Shown: positions 9,848 to 19,540, numbered from the stretch's first letter. The stretch: 64,000 bases of DNA from Succinivibrio sp. (GCA_024693025.1 JAILLS010000049.1:16740-80739); one strand, 5' to 3'. Made by a program: numbers and translations. Notes: generated by a model not told the origin, from the sequence alone.

Positions 9848-10996
9848 TTATTTCTGGGAGTCTACCACAGTAGCCTCAACCTCCTGAGGTTCACCCCGGG
9901 CATGGGCCAGATCCTGCTCACGCTTGCGGCTGGCAAGATTGGTCAGCTGCAGACGCAGATCCTCTTCCATCTTCTTAAGCTCAATTTCCGTATTCTGACG
10001 ACGAATGCGGCCTTCCTCGGCAATATTGAGAGTTTCGGTAATGGTTTCAATCAGTTTCTGCTGCACTTCCTTGAGAGTCTCCACATCTACGATCGCCCGC
10101 TCTACTTCACGCGCCGTATCAATGGTGGCGGTTTTGAGCATTTCGGCATTCTGCTTTAACATATTATTGGTGGTATCAGCCACTTCCTTCTGCAGCTTGG
10201 CTGCGCCCTGCTGACTGTGAATGGACAGAGCCAGCACCATCTGATTCTTCCAGATCGGGATAGTGGCCAGCACACTGGTCTGAATCTTTTCAGCCAGAGT
10301 ACGATCATTATTCTGAATCATGCGGATCTGCGGAGCAGTCTGCAGGGTAATGGTTCTTGACAGCTTCAGATCGTGCAGGCGACGCTCAAAACGATTTAAG
10401 GCATCAGCAAAATCACGCACCTTCTGCGCCTCAAGATTATCCCCGCTTTCCTTGGCCTTCTGCTCAAGCAGCGGCAGTTCATGCACGCGGGCCTGCTCAA
10501 GACGCTGTTCACCTGCCTTGATATAAGCCTCAAGATCAGCATAAAAATCCTTATTGTGCTCATACAGCTGCTCTAATACCTCAATGTCCTTGAGCAGACC
10601 TAGCTGAGCATCATCCAGCTTCTGTGCAATCTTATCAATCTGACCCTGTACGGTATCAAACTGGGCCACAGTCGCTCCCACCTTGTCAAAGAGCTTGCCG
10701 ATGAACGGAATAGATTCTAAAAAGCTCTTATGCGGGCTGGCTATGGACTGAATATCAATGGTCTTAACGTTATCCATCAGGGCGCTGAGCTGCTCACCCA
10801 CTACGCCGGAGTCCTTCATTCTGATATTGCCCAGAATAGAATCAGCAAACTTAGCGATCTGATCCATGGTCTTGGTGCCATAGGTCACCGTCAGGGTAGG
10901 GTTGGCAAAATCAATCTCCTGCGCAGCAGCCTGAATCTTAGCCTCTGAAACCTCAGTATTTTCGATTGTAACAAGTGCGTTATCCGCCATTTTCAT
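9848..10996 (-). CDS. Toxic anion resistance protein (TelA/YaaN/KlaA family)
   Basis: Coiled-coil protein with RFERRLHDLKLSRTITLQTAPQIRMIQNND and TIPIWKNQMVLAL signatures. Confidence 0.92.
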   Translation of the reverse strand: MKMADNALVTIENTEVSEAKIQAAAQEIDFANPTLTVTYGTKTMDQIAKFADSILGNIRMKDSGVVGEQLSALMDNVKTIDIQSIASPHKSFLESIPFIGKLFDKVGATVAQFDTVQGQIDKIAQKLDDAQLGLLKDIEVLEQLYEHNKDFYADLEAYIKAGEQRLEQARVHELPLLEQKAKESGDNLEAQKVRDFADALNRFERRLHDLKLSRTITLQTAPQIRMIQNNDRTLAEKIQTSVLATIPIWKNQMVLALSIHSQQGAAKLQKEVADTTNNMLKQNAEMLKTATIDTAREVERAIVDVETLKEVQQKLIETITETLNIAEEGRIRRQNTEIELKKMEEDLRLQLTNLASRKREQDLAHARGEPQEVEATVVDSQK

Positions 10997-11026
10997 TTCC
11001 TTGCTTAAGTTGACAAATTGTAGGCT

Positions 11027-11251
11027 TTATCTCCGTGACTGCGGTCTGGGTTTAGGCACAGTCTCGAGTCTAGAGCCGATAAAAATCTCCGAGCGATCTT
11101 CAAACCTCAGCTGATTAGGATCGTAATAGGAATCCGCTGAGGTTTGGATATGCACAGATTTTAACCCACTCGCCATATAATTTACCACGATTACCGCCAG
11201 GATAATGCCCATGACCACCCCTAAAATCACCGCACTCCAGAATTCTTCCAT
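11027..11251 (-). CDS. 74-aa single-TM membrane protein resembling the TM-plus-tail segment of YdjG/YdjH(TPM)-type proteins
   Basis: One TM (SAVILGVVMGIILAVIVVNYM), then LKSV..Q..A.SY......L.F..R...F...R...PKP. GGAG lies just upstream. In frame with the upstream gene across TAG-GGG. Confidence 0.6.
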   Translation of the reverse strand: MEEFWSAVILGVVMGIILAVIVVNYMASGLKSVHIQTSADSYYDPNQLRFEDRSEIFIGSRLETVPKPRPQSRR

Positions 11252-11254
11252 CCC

Positions 11255-12337
11255 CTACTCCTCCGTGAGCAAAAAGACATACGCAAGAAAAGTCCCCAGG
11301 ATACTGAAGATCACGGACAGCAGCACCAAGGTCTGGTAATAGGCGCGATCGTCACGCGGCAGGTTGCCGACAAATTTGCCCGTCTGCCCGTTCATGGCAA
11401 AGGTAAAGCGCTTGCCCTGCCACTTGGTGGTAAGCAGCCAGACCGGGAACAGTCCGTAACGGAAGGTCTGCTGCTGAAAGGAGGCCTGCTGCTCCACCAG
11501 CGAGACAGAATCATAGCCTCTGACCGTTGCGCTGAAGGCATCTACGGTTGAGTTGAACATGCGGCCCTGCACTCGCGGGAGCAGCAGGGTATAGTCCTGA
11601 TCATAGCGATTGGCAAGATATCCTGACAGATAGGCAGGATTATAGGCAACCCCCTCCTGAGCATTAAAGGGTTCGAGCGAATCCATCAGATCGTCAGGCA
11701 TTTTGGTGGAGGCATCCGCAGGCACATCCTTGAAGCACAGCGATCCCTTGCGGCGCACGCTGTAGTATAGATGCCGCTTGTACACAAAATTAGCATCCTC
11801 AGAGCGCTGCACCTTCTCACATTTAAAGCGCAGATCGGCATGCACCTGACTGTTAAACAGCCAGTAGGGCACATATACGCCGCGGATCTCATTGATATGA
11901 TTCTGATCCCGGAACACCTTAGGCAGAAAATGCTTGCCCTCAAGATGCCTGAAATACTGGGTCTTGACCTGCTGTTTATCAAGCTTGAACGGCACAATAA
12001 AATCCGGCCGCAGCGTGCCTGAAAACTCCTTGGGGACAACCTGGGCATTACCGCAGAAAGGACAGCTCATCGCCCCGGTGCCGTAAGGCACCACAATCTG
12101 ACCGCCGCAGGACTCGCATTCATAGCTTTCGGTTTTGGCAAGCTCCTCTTCAGTAAAGCTTGTGCCCCCCTTAAGCTCAGAATTCTCCTCGGCAGCCGTG
12201 TCAGAATTCAAGGTCTTTAAGGCCTCAATATCAACCTCTGTGTCACAGTAAGGGCATTTGAGCTTCTGCACCCTGCTGTTGAACTCTAAGGTGCCGCCGC
12301 AGGCCGGGCAGCGGTAATGAGTCAGATTATCCGTCAT
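11255..12337 (-). CDS. YdjG-like double zinc-ribbon membrane protein
   Basis: CPACGG/CPYC and CESCGG/CPFCG ribbons, PDFIVPF, GVYVPYWLF, YLSGYLA, FAMNGQTGK and a C-terminal TM. Start moved to ATG 12337, 8 nt after the upstream stop. Confidence 0.8.
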   Translation of the reverse strand: MTDNLTHYRCPACGGTLEFNSRVQKLKCPYCDTEVDIEALKTLNSDTAAEENSELKGGTSFTEEELAKTESYECESCGGQIVVPYGTGAMSCPFCGNAQVVPKEFSGTLRPDFIVPFKLDKQQVKTQYFRHLEGKHFLPKVFRDQNHINEIRGVYVPYWLFNSQVHADLRFKCEKVQRSEDANFVYKRHLYYSVRRKGSLCFKDVPADASTKMPDDLMDSLEPFNAQEGVAYNPAYLSGYLANRYDQDYTLLLPRVQGRMFNSTVDAFSATVRGYDSVSLVEQQASFQQQTFRYGLFPVWLLTTKWQGKRFTFAMNGQTGKFVGNLPRDDRAYYQTLVLLSVIFSILGTFLAYVFLLTEE

Positions 12338-12345
12338 AACGCAGG

Positions 12346-13635
12346 CTACCCGGCAAAGGGTGCTCCGCATTCAGGGCAGAATTTAGGCAGTTTTTCTCCT
12401 GCACTGACCGTATACCCGCATTTAGCGCATTTATGCACGGTGCTCTCAGGCCTGGGCTTGCCGCATTCTGAACAGAATTTTCCGGAGTTGACGGTACCGC
12501 AGCTGCAGGTCCAGGTCTCCTTTGTCTCAGGCTTTGGTTTACCGCACTGCGGACAGAATTTTCCCTGTGACAGAGCTCCGCACTCAGGGCAGCGCCAGCC
12601 TGCTGCGGTCTGACCACCGTGCTCCTGAGCTCCGAGCTTATAGAGATCTGCAGCATTCATGCCCCCTGCCTGAGCAGCCATCCCCATCCCCATAAAGCCC
12701 TGTATGGCTCCGCCTGAATTTGCTGCAGCAGTCTGCATAGCCTGAGCCTGAGCTTCAGTTAACACCGCGGCCGCCATCTTAGGATCCTTGTTAATGGCGC
12801 TAAACTGCTTCTGCTTGATAAGCTTGGCATCCTCATCAGGCAGGGTTATGGAATTTATCGCGACCGAAACGACCGAGATTCCGCGCAGCTGTGACCATTT
12901 TTTAGCCAGCTCCTGATTGAGCACCTCGCACAGTTCCTGAGTGTGAGACGGCAGCGCATAAGGTCTGATCTCAAGCTCAGAAAGGCGCGCGAGAGCCGGC
13001 TGCAGTGCGGCAATAAATTCGGTCTTAAGCTGTCCCTGCAGCTCCTGCACATCATACTGATTGGCCACATTACCGCAGACATTGGTGTAAAAGGAAATCG
13101 GATCGACAATCTTGAAGGAGAATACGCCATGACAGCGCAGGGAGACATCTACATCAAGCCCCAGGTTCTTATCGACCACCCTGAACGGAATAGGTACCGC
13201 GGTGCCGAACTTGTTGTCCATGATCTCTTTGAGATTGAAATAATAAACGCGCTGATCGCGTCCCGGGGCCCCGCCATACTTGAAGCGCTCCCACATCGTC
13301 TCAAAGACGAGACGCAGTCTCTGCTCGTTAAGCTCTCCGCAGAAAATCGACGGCTCGGCGCTGCTTTCAAAGGTATAGAGACCGGGCTTGGCAATTAAAT
13401 TGGTGACTACGCCCTGATCCACAATCACCGCACACTGTCCGTCGGATACGACAATGCCTGAACCCTCAGTAATAATATTGTCACTGCCAAACCGGTTGGA
13501 AGATCTGCCGGTCACAAGCTTCGTGCCTCTGACCACCAGAACCTCACGTTCAATTGATTCGCAGATAAAATAATCCTTCCACTGATCAGCTAAAGTACCT
13601 AAAGTGGCGCCAAGTGCGGCCTGTATAATGCCCAT
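12346..13635 (-). CDS. SPFH/band-7 domain protein (YdjI / 'virion core protein' type) with three C-terminal zinc ribbons
   Basis: LADQWKDYF, IITEGSGIVV.DGQ, QRVYYFN.KE...NKFGT, GM/A-rich linker, then CPECG..FCPQCG, CSCG..FCSECG and CAKCG..FCPECG. Confidence 0.88.
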   Translation of the reverse strand: MGIIQAALGATLGTLADQWKDYFICESIEREVLVVRGTKLVTGRSSNRFGSDNIITEGSGIVVSDGQCAVIVDQGVVTNLIAKPGLYTFESSAEPSIFCGELNEQRLRLVFETMWERFKYGGAPGRDQRVYYFNLKEIMDNKFGTAVPIPFRVVDKNLGLDVDVSLRCHGVFSFKIVDPISFYTNVCGNVANQYDVQELQGQLKTEFIAALQPALARLSELEIRPYALPSHTQELCEVLNQELAKKWSQLRGISVVSVAINSITLPDEDAKLIKQKQFSAINKDPKMAAAVLTEAQAQAMQTAAANSGGAIQGFMGMGMAAQAGGMNAADLYKLGAQEHGGQTAAGWRCPECGALSQGKFCPQCGKPKPETKETWTCSCGTVNSGKFCSECGKPRPESTVHKCAKCGYTVSAGEKLPKFCPECGAPFAG

Positions 13636-13928
13636 CCTTGCAGCTCCTTGCTAAAATTCAACATATAAGCTCTTATTCTAGATCTAAGACAGGCACCCCT
13701 TGTACTCTCTTTGCTATTTCTAAAATTAAGATCAATTTTTTAACTAAAATTTCTGCTCTCAAAGGCCGCGAGCGCATTCAGGCAGCACCAAGACCCCCGG
13801 TTTATTAAAAGCAGGTCTCAGACTTAAGCACAAGGCAGGGACATAGCAGGCGGTTGTGTTAATATATCAAGCAATATGTTGGCATTAAGCTTAAATTTAG
13901 CTGCAGTTCTTCTTGAGCAGAGGTAAAG

Positions 13929-14966
13929 ATGTACAACTTTCTGGTAATTCTGCCTTCCTGGCTAGGCGATATCATTATGGCGCAGAGCCTGCTGCAGACC
14001 TTAAAGCATGACTACCCCTCCTGCCATATTGATGTCTATACGCCAGCCTATGCCCTGCCGCTGCTTGAGCGCATGGCACAGATTGACGGCAAGATCATCA
14101 ATCCCTTTGGTCATGGTCAGCTCAGGCTGCTGCAGCGCTTTAAGGAAGGACGGATGCTCGCCCGGCATCACTACGACACCGTCTTTGTCCTGCCCAATTC
14201 ACTGAAATCCGCGCTGGTGCCTTTTTTTGCAGGCATTAAGGAGCGCCGCGGCTTTAAGGGTGAATCCCGCTATCTGCTCCTCAACAGGATGCGCACCAAC
14301 AAGCAGGATTTTCCCATGATGGTAGAGCGCTATGTAGCTCTGGCCTATGATCCTAAGAGCGTGCCCACCCATGCGGAGCTGCCTTTGATGCTCTATCCTA
14401 AGCTGACCGCTCACAAGCTTAAGGCCGCACTGCTTGAGCGCCTGCATTTAAAGCTTGATCGCCCGCTGCTGGCTCTGGGCTGCGGGGCCAACTACGGTCC
14501 TGCCAAATTATGGCCCGTGCAGTATTTTGCGCAGGTCTGCGATTTCTGGGTGGGACAGGGCGGCGCGATTCTGGCACTGGGCACCAAAAACGATCTCAAG
14601 ACCGTCACCTCCATCCGCAATCAGGTCAGCCCGCATACCTTAGCATACTTTTATGATGTAGCCGGTCAGACCAACCTTACCGAGGTAGTCGATCTGGTCG
14701 CTGCCTGTACGGCAGCCGTATGTAACGATTCAGGGCTCATGCACACCGTAGCGGCGCTGGATGTGCCGCAGATCTGCATTTTCGGCTCCACCTCCACTGC
14801 CTACACTCCACCCCTGAGTACCAAGGCGGTGTGCCTGGAAGCCTCAGAGAGCTGTCATCCCTGCTTTAAGCGCACCTGTCAGTTCAATACCTATGCGTGT
14901 TTGAAAAATCTCATGCCCGATTTAGTCATTCAGGAACTCATGCGGATTTTGGAGGAGCGCCTATGA
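13929..14966 (+). CDS. waaF: LPS heptosyltransferase II
   Basis: PSWLGD.IMAQSL, LPNSLKSALVPF, GANYGPAKLWP, NDSGLMH, FGSTS..YTPPL. Confidence 0.93.
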   Translation: MYNFLVILPSWLGDIIMAQSLLQTLKHDYPSCHIDVYTPAYALPLLERMAQIDGKIINPFGHGQLRLLQRFKEGRMLARHHYDTVFVLPNSLKSALVPFFAGIKERRGFKGESRYLLLNRMRTNKQDFPMMVERYVALAYDPKSVPTHAELPLMLYPKLTAHKLKAALLERLHLKLDRPLLALGCGANYGPAKLWPVQYFAQVCDFWVGQGGAILALGTKNDLKTVTSIRNQVSPHTLAYFYDVAGQTNLTEVVDLVAACTAAVCNDSGLMHTVAALDVPQICIFGSTSTAYTPPLSTKAVCLEASESCHPCFKRTCQFNTYACLKNLMPDLVIQELMRILEERL

Positions 14967-16264
14967 ATCCTGCAGCCGCCCTCGCCCTTAAGTTTTATCA
15001 GCTCACCACCTCGCTGATTGCGCCCTTAGGCGCCTGTTTTCTAGCCTATAAGCGCAGACGCGACCCGCCTTACGGCAGCAGATTCTGCGAGCTGTTAGGT
15101 CATTATAGGCTTAGGCTTGAGCACTGTGTGTGGTTTCATGCCGCCTCCATGGGCGAGGTTAACTCGCTCAAGCCTCTGCTGCGCAAATTCATGCTGCAGC
15201 ATCCTCAGGAGCAGGTGGTCCTGAGCACGCTGACCACCACCGGCAACGAGGCTGCCGAGGCTCTCAAAGGGCTGAACGTTGTCTATGCTCCGCTCGATGC
15301 ACCCTGGTGTATTCAGGGCTTTTTCAGGGCTCTCAAGCCTAAAGCGCTGTTTATTGTGGATACCGAGCTGTGGCCGAATCTGTTGCATGCCTGTGTCAGA
15401 CATCACTGCCCGGTAACCATTATCAATGCCCGCATGCGCGAGCAGAACTGCGTAAAATATGAGCGTCTGCTCTGGCTGTCAAAGCCTTTACTGGCCGAGC
15501 CCCTAGGACGGGTCCTATGTGTGTCGGATGACGATGCGCAGCGCTTTGAGCGCATTGGAGTCAGCGCTGACAGACTTGAGGTGACCGGAAATCTCAAATA
15601 CGATCTGACCCCGAATGAACAGCTGTTTAAGGACAGTAAAGCCTATAAGGATGCCCGTCATCTCTCACCTGTTCTCGGGGTCATCAGCTCGCATGAGGGC
15701 GAAGAAGAGCTGCTGCTTGAAAGCTATTTCACTATTCGTCAGCAGGTCCCCAGACTGTCTCTGGTCCTCGTTCCCCGGCATAAAAGCGGAGTAGAGAATG
15801 CCCAGAAATTCTTAAACTCAGTTGATGAGGAATATACCCTGCGTGACAACAAACAGCAGCCTCTGGATTTTTCAGGCGGCATTCTGCTGGGTGCTACCAT
15901 GGGCGAGATTGAGCGTTATTTCGGGCTGTGCGATCTGGTCTTTATGGGCGGCAGCTTTGTCAGGGTGGGCGGACATAATCCACTGGAGCCTGCCTATTAT
16001 TCTCTGCCCTGTATCACAGGACCTTACTATCACAATTTCCAGGAGGCCTTTGATCGCCTGATTGAGGCTGGCGGGGCTTTTCTGGCCAACGATCACAAGC
16101 GTCTTGTAACTCTGACCTTAATGCTTCTGCAGGATCAGGAAAAGCTGTTTAACGCCGGGATCAGCGCCTTTGAAATTCAGCAGGAAGGCAGAGGGGCGCT
16201 CAAAAACACCCTCAATTATATCTCTCTAATCTTAGACAAACTTGCGGTTAAGGCTCAGAGCTGA
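14963..16264 (+). CDS. waaA: Kdo transferase
   Basis: WFHAASMGE, DTELWPN, TGNLKYD, LVPRH, GGHNPLEPA. Start placed at ATG 14963 (ATGA overlap with the waaF stop). Confidence 0.95.
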   Translation: MNPAAALALKFYQLTTSLIAPLGACFLAYKRRRDPPYGSRFCELLGHYRLRLEHCVWFHAASMGEVNSLKPLLRKFMLQHPQEQVVLSTLTTTGNEAAEALKGLNVVYAPLDAPWCIQGFFRALKPKALFIVDTELWPNLLHACVRHHCPVTIINARMREQNCVKYERLLWLSKPLLAEPLGRVLCVSDDDAQRFERIGVSADRLEVTGNLKYDLTPNEQLFKDSKAYKDARHLSPVLGVISSHEGEEELLLESYFTIRQQVPRLSLVLVPRHKSGVENAQKFLNSVDEEYTLRDNKQQPLDFSGGILLGATMGEIERYFGLCDLVFMGGSFVRVGGHNPLEPAYYSLPCITGPYYHNFQEAFDRLIEAGGAFLANDHKRLVTLTLMLLQDQEKLFNAGISAFEIQQEGRGALKNTLNYISLILDKLAVKAQS

Positions 16265-16293
16265 GCCTCAACTGCTGGGGGATAGACTGGTAA

Positions 16294-16863
16294 TTACTCA
16301 GTCTGCAGACCGCGTAAAAACTCGACATACTGCTCGGCACTCTTACGCAGAGTTTCTATCAGATCAGCTGCCTCAGTCTGATTTTTTGAACTGGTGGCAG
16401 CGGCATTGGCGCCATAGAGGGTATAGAGTCCGGCAAAGTCAGCCTTGACATATTCAATTGAATGCACCAGGGAATTCAAATAGTCCAGCACAGGTCTGTG
16501 ATGACGGCCCTGCTCAGTATAATCTTCCTCTGCTGAACCGCAGGAGACAGCCAGGGCAATCTTTTTATGTTCAAGCTTGTACTGTTTGCCATAAGCCCAG
16601 TCCGGAGTAAAGACGGTCTCAAACCAGGACTTCATCAGAGGCGGGCAGTTATACCAGTACAGAGGGAACTGCAGCACCACTGCACCATGGTTTTCAAGCA
16701 GTGAGTGCTCTTTAGACGGGTCAATTACATGGCGGACATAAGAGCTCTGCAGATTATGCACGGTAAATTCATCTGGGTACTTCTTAAGCTCTTCAACCCA
16801 GCGCCTATTTACCTTAGAGCAGTCAAACTGCGGATGGTCAACAATAATCAAAGTCTTCTTCAT
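16294..16863 (-). CDS. Flavodoxin-like NAD(P)H oxidoreductase (KefF/YwrO family)
   Basis: IIVDHP...S.VN..W, QFPLYWYNCPPLMKSW, WAYG. Confidence 0.88.
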   Translation of the reverse strand: MKKTLIIVDHPQFDCSKVNRRWVEELKKYPDEFTVHNLQSSYVRHVIDPSKEHSLLENHGAVVLQFPLYWYNCPPLMKSWFETVFTPDWAYGKQYKLEHKKIALAVSCGSAEEDYTEQGRHHRPVLDYLNSLVHSIEYVKADFAGLYTLYGANAAATSSKNQTEAADLIETLRKSAEQYVEFLRGLQTE

Positions 16864-16979
16864 AAATATGTACAGATCCTCTGTAAAAATAACTTGCTTG
16901 TCTATATTTTTATAACAATTTTATAAAATGTAGCGTAAAACTATTTCAAGAAAAATTCAAGAGCTAAGTCCTGATCCTG

Positions 16980-17711
16980 TCACCTTGCAAGGGCAGAAAT
17001 GCGTAATAGCTCAAAATTAGTCTGATCAAAGTGGCAATTTGCACCATGATGGCTCTGTTCCTTCACAAAAGAGCGCTCCAGACGATCCACAATAGCCTCT
17101 TTGCGCTCTACCGATAAATCATGCCTATAGCACTTATCAAAATCAATAAAATATACTCTTCCGAGCTTATCGAGCAGGATATTTCTTAAATTGAGGTCGG
17201 TATGATCCACGTTGGCAGTAAAGAACCGGCGAATCATAAGACCAATCCTGTCATATTCCTCCTGAGTCAGAGGACGCTTGGCCAGGATCTCGGCCAGATT
17301 CTCGGTCTCAAGCAGCTGCTCGACAATAATGTCATTGCGCACAAAGGCTCCATAATATCTGACTCTGGCCAGAATAGGACGCGGCACCGGAAAACCTTCC
17401 GACCACAGCTCATTGAGCAGTTTGAATTCATACAGCGAGCGGCGGCAGCAGAGCTCCCAGACAAAAAAATTATCCCCGATAAATTTGCCGATGAAGCCGC
17501 CCCGGTAATAATGGCGCAGCACCATGGGCACCTCCTGATAGGAGAAGAGCAGAGCATACGCTCTGCCGCCCTTGCGTACCACCGGTCCACAATTTGCCTC
17601 AACGTGAGCAAAATCAAGCAGATTGTCCAGACTCTGTTTATCCGTACTGCCAGGCAGCAGACTGCTGATGTAATACTGGGCAAGTCCTATTTTTTTGTCC
17701 GTATAGTTCAT
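16980..17711 (-). CDS. kdkA: Kdo kinase
   Basis: GGRA, VLRHYYRGG, PVPRP, HTDLNLRNIL, YFIDFDK and RLERSF.K are typical of KdkA; located in the LPS cluster. Confidence 0.9.
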   Translation of the reverse strand: MNYTDKKIGLAQYYISSLLPGSTDKQSLDNLLDFAHVEANCGPVVRKGGRAYALLFSYQEVPMVLRHYYRGGFIGKFIGDNFFVWELCCRRSLYEFKLLNELWSEGFPVPRPILARVRYYGAFVRNDIIVEQLLETENLAEILAKRPLTQEEYDRIGLMIRRFFTANVDHTDLNLRNILLDKLGRVYFIDFDKCYRHDLSVERKEAIVDRLERSFVKEQSHHGANCHFDQTNFELLRISALAR

Positions 17712-19540
17712 GGCCTGTCCTCTGGTTTAACCTGAAATTCCGAGAGCTGGCGGATAGCCTTGATAATAGTCTCACTGCGTTCCACATTCTGACTGTCTCG
17801 CCAAGACCAGTCTTTAAAATGCATCATGCCCGCCTGATCGATCATGATAATCCGATCTTTTTCAATCACGGCATTCTCAAGATAAGACCCGGCCAGGAAG
17901 AAGTCGAGCGGTTTTAAGTCAAACAGACTCTGTCCCACACTATAGTCCTGCACCGCATTCGTCACACCTAGAACATTCTGCATCAGGGTCACGCTGACAT
18001 CATAGGAGGTCGCAAGCTTGTCAATAACCTCATGGCCCCTGCCCGGCCAGCAGATCACCATAGGCACCTTGATCTGATAAGGCGTGTAATTGCCGTTATG
18101 GCCCCAGAAATTCAGCTTGTTGTCATTGAATTCCTGACCATGATCAGCAGTGATCACAATAATGGTATGCTCGGTCAGCTCACGCTTTAAAAGCTCTGAA
18201 TAAATCCTGCCGATATTCTCATCCGTCCAGTGCGACACATTCTTGTAGAGATTAAAGTATTCTGTCCTGTCAGTATGCTCATTGAGCTCCAGATGATTGA
18301 CCTTGGAGAGCTCCGGCATAAAAGGCGTAGCTGCCCCATCCGGTTTGGATATGGCATGCGGAGCATCGAGGAACACAAACGCAAAGAAGGGATCTGTTCT
18401 GGGCTCATCCAGGAAGCCTATAAAATCCTTGATGCAGTCAAGATCCCGCTCCCAGCCAGTCTCACCCTGCGACTCAAGCCTTAAATCCTTCAGTCCGGCA
18501 AAGACTGTCAGATTAAATTCAGGCTTATACAGATTGGCAGAGGTAAAGGTGCCAAGCTTGTAGCCACGCTGCAGCAGAGCATCCACAAAGGCCGCTCTTA
18601 CCCCGGTCTGCATGGCCGAGAACCAGTAGTTGGACGGAATACTGTAGAACAGGGTAAAAATGCCGGGCCGAGTGGAATTGCCCGCAGAAAAGTAATTGGT
18701 AAAATGCAGATTGTGCTGTGCCAGATTATAGGTGTTAGGCATAATCTGCTCAGTTAGCATATCAAATCTGAGGCTGTCTACCACCAGAAACAGGATGTTA
18801 TAAGGCTTTGAGTGCAGCTCCTGATATTTAAGAGGATGCTTAGGATAATAGAACCTACCCTCGGCCCTGACTGATACCTTGCGCTCGGCAATCAGATCCC
18901 GTGAGATCAGGCCCCACTCAATCAGCTTGGTGTTCATGGTCAGCGGGTAATAGCCGGGAATACGGTTACCGATCTCAAGCAGCGGCTGATCTGCAACCGC
19001 GCTGGCATAGACGTTGACCCCATTGACGCCCACAAAGGCTAAAATAATCAGCACAATAAACTTGCGCCAGGCAAAATGATTGCTGAAAAGCACCGCAAAA
19101 TAGGTACCAAGCAGCGCGCAGGCGAGGATAGCCAGCACCTCAACAATAATCGATTTAATGGTTTCATCTGATAATTCAATCACCTGCCCCTTGGCATTGA
19201 CCAGGAGATCGTACATGGTATAGTTCATGTGAAAGCGATAGAGCGCATAAACATGAGCATCGACCCCGATCCCGATAAAGAGCAGAGCCATGATCAGCAT
19301 GACATAGCCAAACTTCAGGATGCCAAGCTTAGGCCTTATCAGCGTGGGCAGAATGAGCAGCGCATAGAAGAGCAGGCTGCCCAGCACCCCCGTACTAATC
19401 GCAGCAATATAGTAGACCACACTGCAGAACAGGCCAACATCCTCAGCTTCAGGAGCAAACATGGGAGCGTAAAAGATCAGCATTGGCAGCCCGCATAAGG
19501 CCAGCCACACTATATAGGCAAAACGATGTTTGATAGTCAT
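17708..19540 (-). CDS. yejM: YejM/PbgA/LapC-like inner-membrane protein (5 TM plus sulfatase-like domain)
   Basis: D..VY.LYRFH, YYPLT, YPKHPL, NILFLVVDSLR, VITADHGQEFND...WGH, VPMVI.WPG. ATG at 19540 preferred over TTG at 19549. Confidence 0.85.
   Translation of the reverse strand: MTIKHRFAYIVWLALCGLPMLIFYAPMFAPEAEDVGLFCSVVYYIAAISTGVLGSLLFYALLILPTLIRPKLGILKFGYVMLIMALLFIGIGVDAHVYALYRFHMNYTMYDLLVNAKGQVIELSDETIKSIIVEVLAILACALLGTYFAVLFSNHFAWRKFIVLIILAFVGVNGVNVYASAVADQPLLEIGNRIPGYYPLTMNTKLIEWGLISRDLIAERKVSVRAEGRFYYPKHPLKYQELHSKPYNILFLVVDSLRFDMLTEQIMPNTYNLAQHNLHFTNYFSAGNSTRPGIFTLFYSIPSNYWFSAMQTGVRAAFVDALLQRGYKLGTFTSANLYKPEFNLTVFAGLKDLRLESQGETGWERDLDCIKDFIGFLDEPRTDPFFAFVFLDAPHAISKPDGAATPFMPELSKVNHLELNEHTDRTEYFNLYKNVSHWTDENIGRIYSELLKRELTEHTIIVITADHGQEFNDNKLNFWGHNGNYTPYQIKVPMVICWPGRGHEVIDKLATSYDVSVTLMQNVLGVTNAVQDYSVGQSLFDLKPLDFFLAGSYLENAVIEKDRIIMIDQAGMMHFKDWSWRDSQNVERSETIIKAIRQLSEFQVKPEDRP

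Noticed and set aside
12327-12656. Overlapping ORFs in the Zn-ribbon region (12327-12656 minus, 12317-12613 plus)
   Set aside because: Shadow frames of the Cys-repeat tail of the SPFH gene, with no independent motifs.
12346-13635. Viral origin implied by the 'virion core protein' label of this SPFH family
   Set aside because: This is a legacy annotation of bacterial YdjI-like proteins; no phage or integrase genes are nearby.
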